A DNA stretch of 63,233 bases, filler included, from Reticulomyxa filosa (taxonomy: Eukaryota; Protista; Foraminifera): assembly GCA_000512085.1 (NCBI GenBank). It is 18 parts of 18 records of this genome, joined end to end, with 100 filler letters (N's around TTAATTAATTAA, not from the genome) between each part and the next. Parts side by side here need not be neighbours in the genome. Positions count along the whole stretch, not along the records: positions 21,305 to 29,338 come from ASPP01008144.1; positions 29,439 to 30,505 come from ASPP01036418.1; positions 30,606 to 42,660 come from ASPP01015338.1; 15 more parts are not named here. One strand, written 5' to 3'. Below the pieces are notes generated by a model, which saw only the letters and a list, made by a program, of their open reading frames with translations, made no database searches and was not told the DNA's origin. The translations under genes were made by a program, and so were the position numbers. Shown in pieces: positions 26,498 to 39,039 of this stretch; position 1 is the first letter of the stretch, and the number at the start of each line of letters is the position of its first letter.

Positions 26498-27874
26498 ATG
26501 AATTCGTCCTTAGAGCTGGAGGTTCCGAAGCTTTTGTCACCAACCCCTTCGTGTTCGTCACTGAGTACTATAGCATCAAAAGATGATTTTCCAGCAGAAG
26601 AAACGCCGATAAAGAAGAGAAAAAGTGTGAGCAACGTGGTCGTCACAAAAGGGAAATGTGTCTCCGAAAATGTGGTATACCCAAGGGGAACAGCAAAGAA
26701 AGGTCAGCCAAAAAAGACAGGTATATACGACATAAGTGAAGTCGCGGATTGGTACGACGATTACCAATACGTACTGTTTGGCTACCGACAATTTTACACA
26801 TTGGGAGCATTATGTCGCAATGCATTGACGACGATTCACAATGAAACGATGAACATTTACACCGAGTTGATTCCAGGTATCGTATATTTGTGGATCGCGT
26901 GCTATTACATGCACTCGTTTGTGGTGATTCATCACGACCAGTTAACAGTGTTTACCAAAGTACTTATTTGCATGTGTTTCCCAATGGGTGGACTGCGATG
27001 TCTCATGAGTGCCTATGTTCACGCGACACATTGTTACAATGAAGAACATTCGTTTCGCACTTGGAACAAGGATTACGTGAGCATTTTGTCCTATATTTTT
27101 AGTACCACGCTGATGAATACGTATTTGTGTGGGCATTATGCGAACGAAAGCACGAGCGAAAGCGCGTGGTCTACGTATGTCCCATTAGGTGTCTCCGTGT
27201 GTGCATGTTTTTCAGTTGCAGTGGTTGGCATATGCCATTTGAATCTGAGGAGACAAAAGCCGGCAAAGGAGTTGATCTTCAAACTCGTTGTTGTGTTTGG
27301 CAATTATGTCATTTTATTGTATCACCTCGTGGCACACTGCACGTGGTCACACGTGCCGACCTTTGTTTCGATCTTGTTCAATGCAGAACGTCCAATAGCC
27401 AGTCCCGGTCCGACGAACTTTCCGACCATGTATACTGTCTATTGGCTCTTGGGATCGATCTTTACATATCTCGCGGCCGAACTCCGCCAAGCCAAATTCC
27501 CCGAAAAATGGTTTGTCGCTCCAACTGTTCGCGCCTCTGCTAATGCTACAAAAGATCTCACACTGTTGAATGACGATCGCCTCTTGGAACAATGGCTTGC
27601 TAACGATCGCTGCTTGTATGCCGCACTTTGTTCTAAGTTCCGAAAGTTGCATCACGAATGTGACTGCACGTGCCATCCTCAATGTGACGTGGAGTGCCAT
27701 TGCCACACCCAAACTACTCATGTCTTTCAACATATCGATTTATCAACTGCTTTCAAATATTGGTATTTCTTTTTACTCCCCTCTCATACCTTGTGGCATA
27801 TTTGTACTAATGCTTCTCACTTTTTTGTTTTATACTCTTGGATTGCTTTTTTTGAGTCACGTGTTAATGTGTGA
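26498..27874 (+). CDS. PAQR / hemolysin-III (adiponectin receptor-like) membrane protein
   Basis: LFGYR, IHNETMNIYTE, SAYVH, KDYVSI, FPEKWF and PSHTLWHI motifs with several hydrophobic helices; intronless 458 aa. Confidence 0.9.
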   Translation: MNSSLELEVPKLLSPTPSCSSLSTIASKDDFPAEETPIKKRKSVSNVVVTKGKCVSENVVYPRGTAKKGQPKKTGIYDISEVADWYDDYQYVLFGYRQFYTLGALCRNALTTIHNETMNIYTELIPGIVYLWIACYYMHSFVVIHHDQLTVFTKVLICMCFPMGGLRCLMSAYVHATHCYNEEHSFRTWNKDYVSILSYIFSTTLMNTYLCGHYANESTSESAWSTYVPLGVSVCACFSVAVVGICHLNLRRQKPAKELIFKLVVVFGNYVILLYHLVAHCTWSHVPTFVSILFNAERPIASPGPTNFPTMYTVYWLLGSIFTYLAAELRQAKFPEKWFVAPTVRASANATKDLTLLNDDRLLEQWLANDRCLYAALCSKFRKLHHECDCTCHPQCDVECHCHTQTTHVFQHIDLSTAFKYWYFFLLPSHTLWHICTNASHFFVLYSWIAFFESRVNV

Positions 27875-28311
27875 ATAAATATCATTGATCTTGTTAATAT
27901 CAATGAGTTTTTTTATAAAAATTTTTGTTTTTTCGTTTTGATTTGATATCTAAGGTTTCTGTTTCTATTTGGTTTTAAAGTTTGATTTGATTTAAATATT
28001 TCGCGGTGTTGGGGTGTTTTTTTTTTTGAGTGCAAGAAACCTATTTTTTGTAACGAAAAATAAATCAATTAAGAATCTAGTCTTTAAAGGATTCTTTGTT
28101 AAAATATGATCAACTAGAAAAAAAATCAAGTACAATAATTTTGCGGTAATATAATTGCATATCACAAAACTGTTGTTTGCACTTTTCAAAGACTAACAAA
28201 AGGGACAGACTGCCAAAAAATTGGGAAGAAAAAAAATCCCCAAAATCTTCGCTCGCTCACTTATATTTTGGCCGTGACTTTGCAATCAAATTAGGTCAAT
28301 TCTTCGTTGAA

Positions 28312-29019
28312 ATGCCAAAACTAGAACGCAAAGCTCTTCAAAGACGCAATATCCAACCGCGACTGCGACCTTCGCGTAAGCAGCTATTTAAATCCTGGGT
28401 TGAATCAAGACGAGAAAAAAGATCAAAAGAGCCTTGGAAGGGAGTGTTCAGAGACCCTGTCAAGTTAAGCAAAAAAGCAATTTTTTTTCTTTGTGTTTAC
28501 ACTATTTTGCAAATAATGACAAAACCGAGAATAAAACAATTATTTTCATGTATTGTGCACTTTATTCAGGCTCTACTTGCGAGGAGTTGTATTATCATAC
28601 AGGTGACTAATTTTTTCTTCATTCGTTGTCTCTTTTCCTCACCCTTTTCTCTGACAAAAAAAAAGAATATTGCGAAATTACGTGAAACAAAAAATTTTTT
28701 CTTTTGAATAAAAATTGTGCACTTCAGACGATCTCGATTGAACATTCATCCTAACCGAGCCTTGGTAAAAATTGAGAACGTGAAAACAAGAAAGGACGCA
28801 CGTTATTATTTGGGGCATCGCGTGCTTTATATTTATAGAGCAGCGAAAAAAATCGATCAGAGAACAGGCAAGCGTGAATTACGTGTGATCAGTGGTAAAA
28901 TTACAGGACCACATGGTAACAATGGCACAGTCAGAGTCAATTTTAAACCAAATGTTCCAACACGTGCATTTGGAAAAAGAGTAAGAGTGATGTTATGGCC
29001 TCACAGAGCACCAAACTAA
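28312..29019 (+). CDS. RPL35A: 60S ribosomal protein L35a (eL33), 3 exons
   Basis: Exons 28312-28463, 28570-28602 and 28728-29019 splice to ...PVK-LYLRGVVLSYR-RSRLNIHPNRALVKIENV...YYLGHRVLYIYRA...RVISGKITGPHGNNGTVRVNFKPNVP...VRVMLWP. Confidence 0.95.
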
Positions 29020-29438
29020 TTATTGTTGTTACTATTGATTACTTTCTTTCTCCCACCATGCGCCCCTTTTTTTTCAAAAAAAACAATAAAAATAACCAAA
29101 TGAGGTCAAGGATTTTCATATGTTTGCCAAAAAAGAAACATTTCTGATTTGGCTGTGAGTTAACGCTTGTTTCAAAAACCTCCTTTGGAGAGATATTTTT
29201 GAAGAAGACAAACTAAAATGCTAATTCATTTGGACGCTCTTAATCATGTTTTTAAGCCAATTTTGATAAAAAGCTGATAAGTTTTAATAGAGTAATTTTC
29301 TTTGGAATAGCACAGAGATTACCTTCTAACATACAATCNNNNNNNNNNNNNNNNNNNNNNNNNNNNNNNNNNNNNNNNNNNNTTAATTAATTAANNNNNN
29401 NNNNNNNNNNNNNNNNNNNNNNNNNNNNNNNNNNNNNN

Positions 29439-30290
29439 ATATCTCTTTTTTCACCTATAAACAATCTCCAATGTTTCGTGAAGTCAAATTTTCTCCAATC
29501 AATATACGCACAATTCAAAGCCCAAAGTTCTGAATGTGAGCGCTCGTGCTGACACTAGTCGTATTGTGCGCAATCTCTGCATTCACAAACATAGCACAAT
29601 TTTCATAACGGCTCATTGTCCATTGCTCGTTGGTGCCGATAGATCGCATTTCGACGCCCTTGGTGCTTTGCCGCGCCAACAAGTATCAGCATATACCTTT
29701 GTGCGCTGTGTTGATAGTAAATATTATTTCCAATGCTTCGGGCTGCCACTACTTGAAATCGCCGGACTCGTTTATACTTTTCTATTGAGGCGCGATATTG
29801 GAAGTTAGGCAACGTCCGCGAGTGGCGACTTTGCGAGTTTCTATTTATGAACAACGGTTTCATAGTCAGACTCAACAAAGCCGGCTGACTGATTTTTTTT
29901 TAACTAGTCGGAACGCGATTTGGGCTTGTAATTCTTTTCTTCTATTCGTCATCTTCCACATCTCTATCTTCTTGCTTCCTGGTGTCTTGGCGAGCTTAGC
30001 ACAACTCATCCACCGAACTGGGCCACCTTCACATTGAACGATTCTCACGACGCAGTCCTTTGCTCGATCGACATAAATGAGTATTTCTCGCCAACTTCAA
30101 TGCTCTTTTTTTCATCACCTTCAACTTTGTCGCCAATTCAGTCGCTGCTTCGTTCGAAACTGTTTGGGTCCAATTCAAAAGAATATAAATTGGAGTCAGA
30201 AAATACAGACAGATCTCCAACTAAATCCAAAGTGCGAAAATTCGTACGCACACTATCAATTTGGTTTGAGCGATCAGTCTCCGCTCATTG
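29439..30290 (-). mobile_element. Possible decayed retroelement fragment (APE-like remnants)
   Basis: Stop-riddled, coding-like DNA with CAMFVNAEI and RILIGENLTSRN (like ilgGDfN) remnants. Confidence 0.25.
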
Positions 30291-30998
30291 ATTATTCCAT
30301 TTTTTTTTTTTCCTTTATTTTTTTCTTTTTTCTTTTTTATCTTTTTTATCTTTTTTCTTATCTTTTTAATCTTTTTTTTCTTATCTTTTTAATCTTTTTT
30401 TTTTACATTGTCTTCTTTTTTATTTTTATTTTTCTTTTTCATTTTTCAACTATTTTTTCATTTCTTTTTTATTTCTCATTTTCCATTTTTTAATTTTTCT
30501 TCATTNNNNNNNNNNNNNNNNNNNNNNNNNNNNNNNNNNNNNNNNNNNNTTAATTAATTAANNNNNNNNNNNNNNNNNNNNNNNNNNNNNNNNNNNNNNN
30601 NNNNNTAATCATAATAATCATAATAATCATAATAATCATAATAATCATAATAACAATAACAATAACAACTCCACCATACCTTACTCACAGTTCTACGCTC
30701 GCATTGCCGACCTCAGCCGACAACAAGACCAAATCGATGATCGCAATTCCTATCCTTCCACAGTTCCACAAACCATGCATTCTGATGCCATGTCTGGAAA
30801 TCAACTCATGTTCTTTTTTCATATTATATGTACATATATGTTTTATGTATATATCACGTATATGTACATAAAACATTTGTATATACATATATATTTATTT
30901 ATTTATTTATTCATTTGCATTTTTTTTATTTTATTTTTTTTTTTGTTGCAATAGCGAAACTCCACGTGGAGGACAGCCCAACATACCGTTTCAATACG

Positions 30999-33130
30999 AT
31001 GACCAAATTGGCAGTGTCTATGCAACTGCGACGAGGCTGGGCTCGTCTTCGTCGCTACAGTCGTACGGCAACGTCGTAGAGACGTATCAAAACACTCTGC
31101 CGCGACAAGAGAGCTCGACATACGAGCAAGAGCCTACGTCGGCCCCCCCACCCAGTCCTTCGCCGAGTCGAATAGCGGAGATGCAGCAAGAGGAGAAGCT
31201 GGGCGCCACCATGGACAACGAGTTTGCACAGTCGAATCGATCATCCAAGCCGCACCAAAGACGTAACAAAAGAGAGCAAGAGCAAGGACAAGGACAAGGA
31301 CAAGAACAAGAACAAGGACAACGAGAAGACAGATTCAAAGGCAAGCACACTTCGATGCAACATGCAAATGAAGTCGAAATTGAAATCGAGCATGAACGTA
31401 ATAAAAGTTCCTCCAAACCCGCTTTTCGGAGTCGCAAACAAACAGGTTTATTGACTCCTGTAGGTATGAATCATTCAGCTATATATACATATATATATAC
31501 ATATATATATACACATATATATACATATATATATACATATATATATACATATATATATACATATATATATACATATATATATACATATATATAACGTATA
31601 CGAACATTAAACTTAATACGTATCAACTTAAAAAAAAAAAAAAAAAAACGTAGGACGATCAGGCACATGAACCGCGACAAATGTCGAATGGGAGCAACAT
31701 GACATCGATTAGCTTTCCTCCAAGCAACTACTTTGGCGATACCCCAGTTCCAACACGTGACATGGAATCTCCCAACCGCGACAAAGGGAAGAGTCCAGTC
31801 AATGTGCTGAGTTCCAACCGTCGGAAAAGCCAAGAGCACGAAGAAACGCCAAAGAAAGACTCGGGCAAAGAGACAATGAATGGAATGGACTCGATCAAGT
31901 CCAATGAACGCACAAAAGAGGAAGCCAAAGACGCGAAAAAAGTAGAGAAAAACAGGTCCTTGGACCTGGTGCAGTCCTCTCCGCCGCCTTCGACGGTAAA
32001 GAGCAGCCGCAAAGAATCTTCCGGAAAAGTCGGACCACAGAGATCGGCCCACACTAAAGTGAACACGTGGGAACAAGAGCTGTTTCACGCGCAGGTGGTG
32101 ATGAAGAGCGAAGAGGAGCCGTCTGCACGTTTCATTATCGAACAGGACAATGACGAGGACAAAGTGGATAACAACTCGACGTACAAGCGATCAACGGAGC
32201 TGTCAATGGTACGCATACCATCCAATCACAGCACCGACACAAACACAAGTGATTTAACGTTGCAATCCAGTACTATGGACAAGCACGACCACAGAGATGC
32301 AACTTTTTCGAATCATTACCAAACCAATCCTGTTGGTGCTTCTTCTACTAATACTACTACTAATACTAATACTAATACTACTACTAATACTACTAATACT
32401 AATACTACTACTATACTACTAATACTAATACTAATACTACTACTGCTACTGCACTGACCAAGGACAATAACGAAAACAAAACTTCATCCAATGACACTGC
32501 TCAAGAGGTGATTCGCGAAGTGCTCCCCGCTCATTTAACTGAACAAGACTTGAAAGGTTTTTTTGGATCGTGCAGTCCAAACTCGATTCGCTGCACTGTG
32601 GACAAAAAGAACAGCAAGCTTCAAATAGTCGAACTCACTTTTGACGCACATAAGAAAAAAATTGCGCTACAATTGCTCGAGTTCATGAAGACACAAAGTG
32701 AGCGAGTGCCTCTAGTAGCTCTTTGCCGAGATATGAGTCCTCTGCTGAAACGTCTTTGGAACCTGTTCGATTTTCTCGACCTGACGTACCGGAAGATGCC
32801 GAGCCATTGGATCGACAGAGATCTTTAAGAATACCGGAACTTGAAGATAATGATAGTGACAGTGTCGGTGAAAACCATTTAGTCAGCGTCATTTATGTAT
32901 GTCCCCTTTTTGTGTGTATACGTATTGATGTATAACTAAGTAAAAAAAAATTCTTTCAAGAAATTTTTTTTTTTTACTAACTCTGGTTTTTTTTTTTTGC
33001 ATTGTCAAAACAAATTTTCGTTTGTCTTTTTTTTGTATGTGTGTGTGCATCTGACGTTCTTTGTGGTAATCAAAGGACACAAAACCTAGCGGTGATAATT
33101 GGTCGGACGATGATGAGTGAAATCAACATA
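30999..33130 (+). CDS. Hypothetical low-complexity protein with a possible RRM-like segment; apparent frameshifts
   Basis: ORFs 31181, 31681, 32508 and 32723. LPAHLTEQDLKGFFGSC...DKKNSKLQIVELTF resembles an RRM. The frame breaks inside the (ACT/AAT)n tract at 32345-32455. Confidence 0.5.
31480..31592 (+). repeat. Intronic 12-bp tandem repeat (ATATATATATAC)n
   Basis: About 9 tandem units inside an intron starting GTATG at ~31464. Confidence 0.9.
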
Positions 33131-34460
33131 CATTTTATTTTTTTTAATGTTGGCCCATTTGCAGCCATATGCTATTTTTTCTTCCCCTTTATCACTCCTA
33201 TCCCTATTGTTATGTTTGTATGAAGGGTCCCATTAATAGGATCCTTTAGATGTAGATTTGTGTTGCTTTGTTTTGAGTCTGCATTTTGTGTTCACAATTT
33301 TTTCTATAACTCACAAACAACACTTTGAAATACATCTTGCAAATTAATCGTTTTCTCTAAATCTGTTTCGTATTTATAATGGATATTGTTGTAATGTTTA
33401 TGGGGTATTTGATCTTGTCTTTCATTTTTGAACATATGGCTTGTTTTATCTTGCTTATAACATTTTTCTTCTGAATCACATTCCGATCTTATTCGTAATC
33501 CCAATTGTTTCATTTCTTGTAACTAATACATGAAATTTTCTTCCAAAATAAATTTAAAAAAATCACAAACATTAAACGAATCATTTTGTCTTCTGAAATT
33601 ATATGCTTTTTACAAAACGAAATATAATTATCTAAAACAACTAACGAGAACGATATGTAAGGAATCTATGTACTCTGTGCAGAAAGTAAATACGTCCAAA
33701 TTAGCAAAATCATTATCAAATTCAAATTTTAATTGCTTGGACATAAAATAAAAATCAACGCTATGTTTGTAATATGATGCTTGTAAATATTCAGAAAACA
33801 AGCTGTCTTCAGTGTTCATTGCTGGTATGACGAAAGTAGACTTTAATGATAGTTTTTTAAAATTATTATTGTTAATATCTTTACATTGAAGTTACTTACA
33901 GCTGATCAACCTTAAAAGATAAAATCAAAATACTTATAAAATAAAAATGGTAAGTAAATCTTCAATGAACTTACAATACACTTTCTCAAAAACCTCTTTT
34001 ATGATATCTTTATTTTGAAATTGCTTAAAAGAGAAAAGTTTTCAATAAATTTTTATCAACAAATACTTTTTATTAACTCATCATTTTATAAAGTGAACAT
34101 TAGAGTTCTGTCTTTTGTTACCTGCTGGTGTATACTATATCCTGACTATTGAAAATAGGAACCTATTACAAGATTTAACAAGTATGCATTTTGGATCAAA
34201 AAAACAATGCAAAAATTTAGCATAACTACGAAAATGTAAAAAATTATCATTGTTTATTAAAATTGCTGCAAATTATCTTATAATTTTTTATGTAAAGAAA
34301 TTACACAATCAAAGGAAAGTGACAATATAATCCAAAGTCTTGAAAACTCGTAATTGAAAGACAGAAGAAATAACTTATTGTAACAAAAAAAAGCAGTTGA
34401 ATTTTGGACAGTTTTCAATACATGTTCTTGTTGCGGGTGTGTTCCTGGCCGCAGCATGCA

Positions 34461-36128
34461 TCAGCATCGTTTGGATATTTTTTCACTAAAGTATATGAAT
34501 GACGATGCTGAAATGTGTGAGCGTGTCCAGTCAAAAAGACAATCATCGAGAAAACCACGTTTTTGATATAATTCATGGAAGAGTCCATGTAAAATTTTGT
34601 AGTCTGGAGCTTCATCAAATTTCAATTTTTTGGAATAGTCTAAAAAAAAAAGAAACTCGTATGGCAACCCTCGGGCTAGCTCTTGTGTCGTTAATGACGC
34701 CTTTTTTTGTTCAATGAGCTTCCATTTTTTGACACGATCGGTTTCATGCAGCCCTTGCCAAGGCAGTTTACCTTTTAAAAAGTAGATTAACATATATGCT
34801 ATCGACTCTATATCGTCTCTTCGGGTTTGGTGAACGCCCTGATGATTATTCAACGATGCGTATCGAGCTTTTGCAATTCAACATGGATCAAATAAGTGCA
34901 TGATAAAAAATTGAACAAACAAAAAACAATCGGGTTTTTTTGTTATTGCTGTAGTTGTTTTATTGTCGTACCAGTTCCAACAGGAGAACAACGATCCTTG
35001 TATGGAATATGCTTTCCTTGCACATGATCCACAAACCAGGTGGAAAGACCAAAATCGATTATATAAACTTTGGACGGATTCTTAATGCCGATTAAAAAAT
35101 TTTGAGGTTTAATGTCACGATGGACAACTCCGCACGCATGCAACTGCTCCATGCAACTATTCAAAAGTGCACATATGTTTGACACCTTTTTTTCTTTGAT
35201 GCAAGGAAGTAAGTATGCTTGAAATATTTCAAAGATGTGTATTTTTTAAACTGTAGCGTTTCAATTGCGATATGAATACAACTTTTCAAAGAAAACTTTC
35301 TGCCACTATTTTCAAACAATGTACATAAATTTTTTGATTGCAGTTCCATTGCAATGACTTTATAGTTTTTATGAAAGCCATGCCATAATAATTTGGGAAC
35401 TCGATCACACTTTTTTAATTTGGTCAAAATTTGTAACTCTCGAGTGTTGTTTATATCTTTTTTCATTTCCACCTGTTGTTTGGTTTTTTTTTGTTCTTCC
35501 AATTGTATTGGCTCTTCATTGTAATTTTTCAATCTCTTATTTAAAAAGAGTAATACATTTGACACACTTTTAATGCAATTTTGGATTTTGTCATTAAATC
35601 TATTGCTTCATACGTGACACCAAAAGAACCTTTCCCAAGTTTTTTTTCTACTTGAAATCTGTCCTTCAAGTCTTGCAAGTGGCTACTGTTAGTTGTGCAA
35701 GGATTTTGGCTATTTGTTGACGACGTCGTAGATTGGATAATAGACCTCGAAGTTTGAGACTTTATATTTGGAGAATAGGTTGTCTGTTCCAAAACAATTG
35801 GACACTTTAAAAACATTTTCTTGTCTAACGAAAAAAAAGGGGACAAAAACTCCAACTTGGCCGGAAGCGAACCGGACATCCCACTTTTTAAAGGCGCTAC
35901 TGTGATATTATCACACTTTTTTTGCTGTTTCGTTTGCTGTGTTAATTCGCATGGATCGGGAGTGTGTTGGGAGCGAGTTTTTAAAAAATTAAATTTGCTC
36001 ACCTGTGGCTCCAAGTTACAGCTTTGTTGCGGATAACATTTGTAGCCCTGAAATTCAGCATTATCAACTTGGATTGCTGGAATATTAACATCTTGAGCAA
36101 ATTTCGAATTTCTAGAATTCCCCATCAT
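34461..36128 (-). CDS. Casein kinase 1 family Ser/Thr kinase with a long N-terminal extension, 4 exons
   Basis: LGKGSFG, IALK|VE, HRDIKPQNFL, IIDFGL, GT|ARYASLNNHQG, RRDDIESIAY, KGKLPWQGL. Three GT-AG introns join the ORFs in frame. Confidence 0.93.
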
Positions 36129-36774
36129 AGAAATTACAATTTTTATCAGTACTTGATTGTTTCTTAAATTAAAACTTTTAGTCACTATGTCTATTTTTTC
36201 TTAAGATAACAGTACTTGAAAAATAATTACTTTGTTGCCATTTATCGAGGTATTCGGCTAATATTTTCTAACAAAATGCAAGGCAACGCAAGAAAAGCAT
36301 GAATTGTTGAGTTAACAATGAGCAATTATCAATACAATTGCACAGAAAAAAGAAAACAAATAATTTCTTTATGTAAAATTGCATTTGAAATCAAAAAGAA
36401 GAGAGCTGAACAGTGGAAGATGTATTCATTTTTATCGTGATGGTTTCCGTTCATGCAATAATTTTCCACACAATCTGTTAGTCACTTGGATAATTGACTT
36501 CATTGAATAAATCAATCTTACAGTTGCAAACCCTTGAAAATTAATGTAGGATGAAATTTCAAAAAAATGAAAAATTATATTATTATCGGTAAGAGATAAA
36601 GGTTTGGTTCCTAATGATAGTGACAAAGTTGAACACAGGTTCAAAAATGAAAATTTGCTTGCTTAAACATTGTTTCCTAGGGCAATACTCACAGCTTGTT
36701 GTTTGCTGAAATCTAAAACGTTTAAAAAGTTCATTGAGTTTCCAAGATGGGGCGCCACAAAGAGGTGTTAAGCA

Positions 36775-37558
36775 ATGTCCCGCAAAGTAAGAAATTTTCC
36801 TTCTAAGAGGCCATATGTTTCAGATTCTGAGCCTGAATTAGAGCCTGGACAGGCTGGAGAACTTGAACCAGGACAAGAACCTGAGCAGGAACCTGGACAA
36901 AAGAAACTAACCAAGCATGATCTTGAACCAAAATCAAAACGAAGAAGGATCATTGATGGCACAGACGAAAAAGAGACAAAAGCGATTGACAAACATATCT
37001 TTGGGTATATGATAATTGATTTTAAACGTTCTCATAAGTATTCCTGTACAAATCGAGGGAAAATCTTATCAAGATACGACGATGGAGACAAGATACTTCG
37101 TGATTGGTCGGCCAGTGGAAAGGGGAGGCAAGTGCGTACCTGTTGCCAGGCTTTGTACGACAATAACTGGGAGTTTGTTTTTCGATTGGAACCAAGTAAG
37201 AACAAAATGGAATGTTATCGGAATACAAAAAAACGAAAAAAAAATCTATACTTCCTAAATAGAGCCTGGAACCGAAGACGATCGTAATCCAATAGCAGTG
37301 TATGGAAAAAAAGACAACGCCAAATTGGCCAATGTTCCAAAAGCCACTTCAAAATTGATGGCCCCTTTAATGAAGAATCATGGTGTTACTGTAGAACAAT
37401 TTCGATTTGACAAAGATATTAACGAAACACCAAGCAATTGGGACCCCATAAAAATCAGGCTTGCAAAAGCCATTGTAAAAATAGTTGCTTTGAAGGAATT
37501 TGATTTACCCGATGAAGTAAAAAGCCTTTTGAAAAGTAAACCGGAAGAATGTGTTTGA
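36775..37558 (+). CDS. Small HIRAN-like domain protein, 2 exons
   Basis: Intron 37196-37262 (GTAAG...TAG) gives FRLEPKPGTEDDRNPIAVYGKKDNAKLANVPKATSKLMAPLMKNHG, resembling HIRAN L..EP.N..D.nAI.V...iGyvP...a..lapLl. N-terminal EPGQ repeats and an NLS-like KRRR. Confidence 0.6.
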
Positions 37559-39039
37559 TTATTTGTCCTTTGAGCATGAGCTATTTCTCATTTTTGAAAG
37601 TAAAACAGATTTCACAAAAAGATTCTACATAAATGAAAGTTATTAAGTAGTTGGTAATTTCTTTCGAAACAATACACTTCTTTAATTCTTATTCTTTGCA
37701 ATGTTAAAACTTGTGTTCGGTATTCAAAAAATGACAATCGTTATGGCATTAAAAATGATATATAATTATTAGTACCAAAAAGAAACATTTTATACGGTCT
37801 ACTTTTCAAAAAATAATACCAACAGTTTAAAATTATCTTCAGTGTACATAAACCTTTTTTATTTAATCCTGTATTTGTTTAGTGGAAATGAGAGATATAT
37901 CAAACAGCAATTTTTCTTGAAATTTACTTTCTATTTATTAATTATTGCTACAAAAGTTTCCACAAATTGCTATCTTGGAGAACTCTCAACATATAACAAT
38001 AATTACTTCTAATTTTGTCAACTTTTTTTACATTTTACTGTAAATTATTTATTACAAGCTAATTTTTCTTCTTATTTTTTTTTACAATAATTTTTTTTTC
38101 AGTACTATTAATTTTTATCGCTTTTTATTATTTTTTTTTCAGCTTTTTTGATTATTAATATTCAAATCACTTCTTTTGTCTTTATATTTTTTTTATCATT
38201 ATCATTTATTCAACATAATACACCAAATAAATCATAATACGAATATTCAAATTAATATCAAAAATAACATAACGTTATAATAATTGTATGATTTCAATCT
38301 GCTAAGTCTGTTTTGTGAAACGTGTTTGTGTTTTTAATTTTTTTTTTTGTTTAGTTTCTTAGCATAATTTTTTCCAGACTTTTGTCATTTTTACTTATTT
38401 TTCTTTTTGAATGTTACTAGACCCAATTTTTAGTTAAGAGTTTTTTATTGAAGATCCCTTTCTGCTTTTTTTGTTTTCTTCCAGTCACAAATTGCAATTT
38501 TTATTTTTAATTTTGCGATTTTCTTTTTGGACGTGAGTGAACAATCACAAAAATTATATCAAAAAAGAAATTTTGATCACATTCAAAAATCAATATCATA
38601 TTTAAAAGTTAAACACCCGCAGATATTTTTCGAAAAGATTAGCATTAATGTCTGATTTTTAATAATTTTTATGCATCGTATTTAGCTTATTGTTTTCGAG
38701 TTAATTTTAGTTTTATAATAAAAATTATTTTTTAAAAATATATTAATCATTATGTCAACTTGTTTAATACTCCTAATGCAAAAGGACATCGATGCATTAG
38801 ATCCAAGTAACTGTAACCCTCTGATATTACTTTGACAAATACAGCAACTCTGGTGAATATAAATTCGATATACACGATAGCATACAAAATTGGACATAAT
38901 AAGAAAGAATCATGAACATGAGAAAAAACGATTTTACTCGCTATTTACTGGTTTAATCCAATACAAATATTTTTGTTGTATTTATCGTATTTTCTCGAGT
39001 TTGTCCAAAAAAAAAAGACGCAAAATGTACAAATATCGT

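Noticed and set aside
30295-30505. Phe-rich membrane-protein ORF
   Set aside because: It is the translation of a T-rich low-complexity tract.
31480-31592. CRISPR-like or coding YTYI repeat
   Set aside because: It is a spacer-less intronic microsatellite in a eukaryote.
32345-32730. Programmed frameshifting
   Set aside because: The frame breaks fall in or near microsatellite and homopolymer runs, so sequencing error is more likely.
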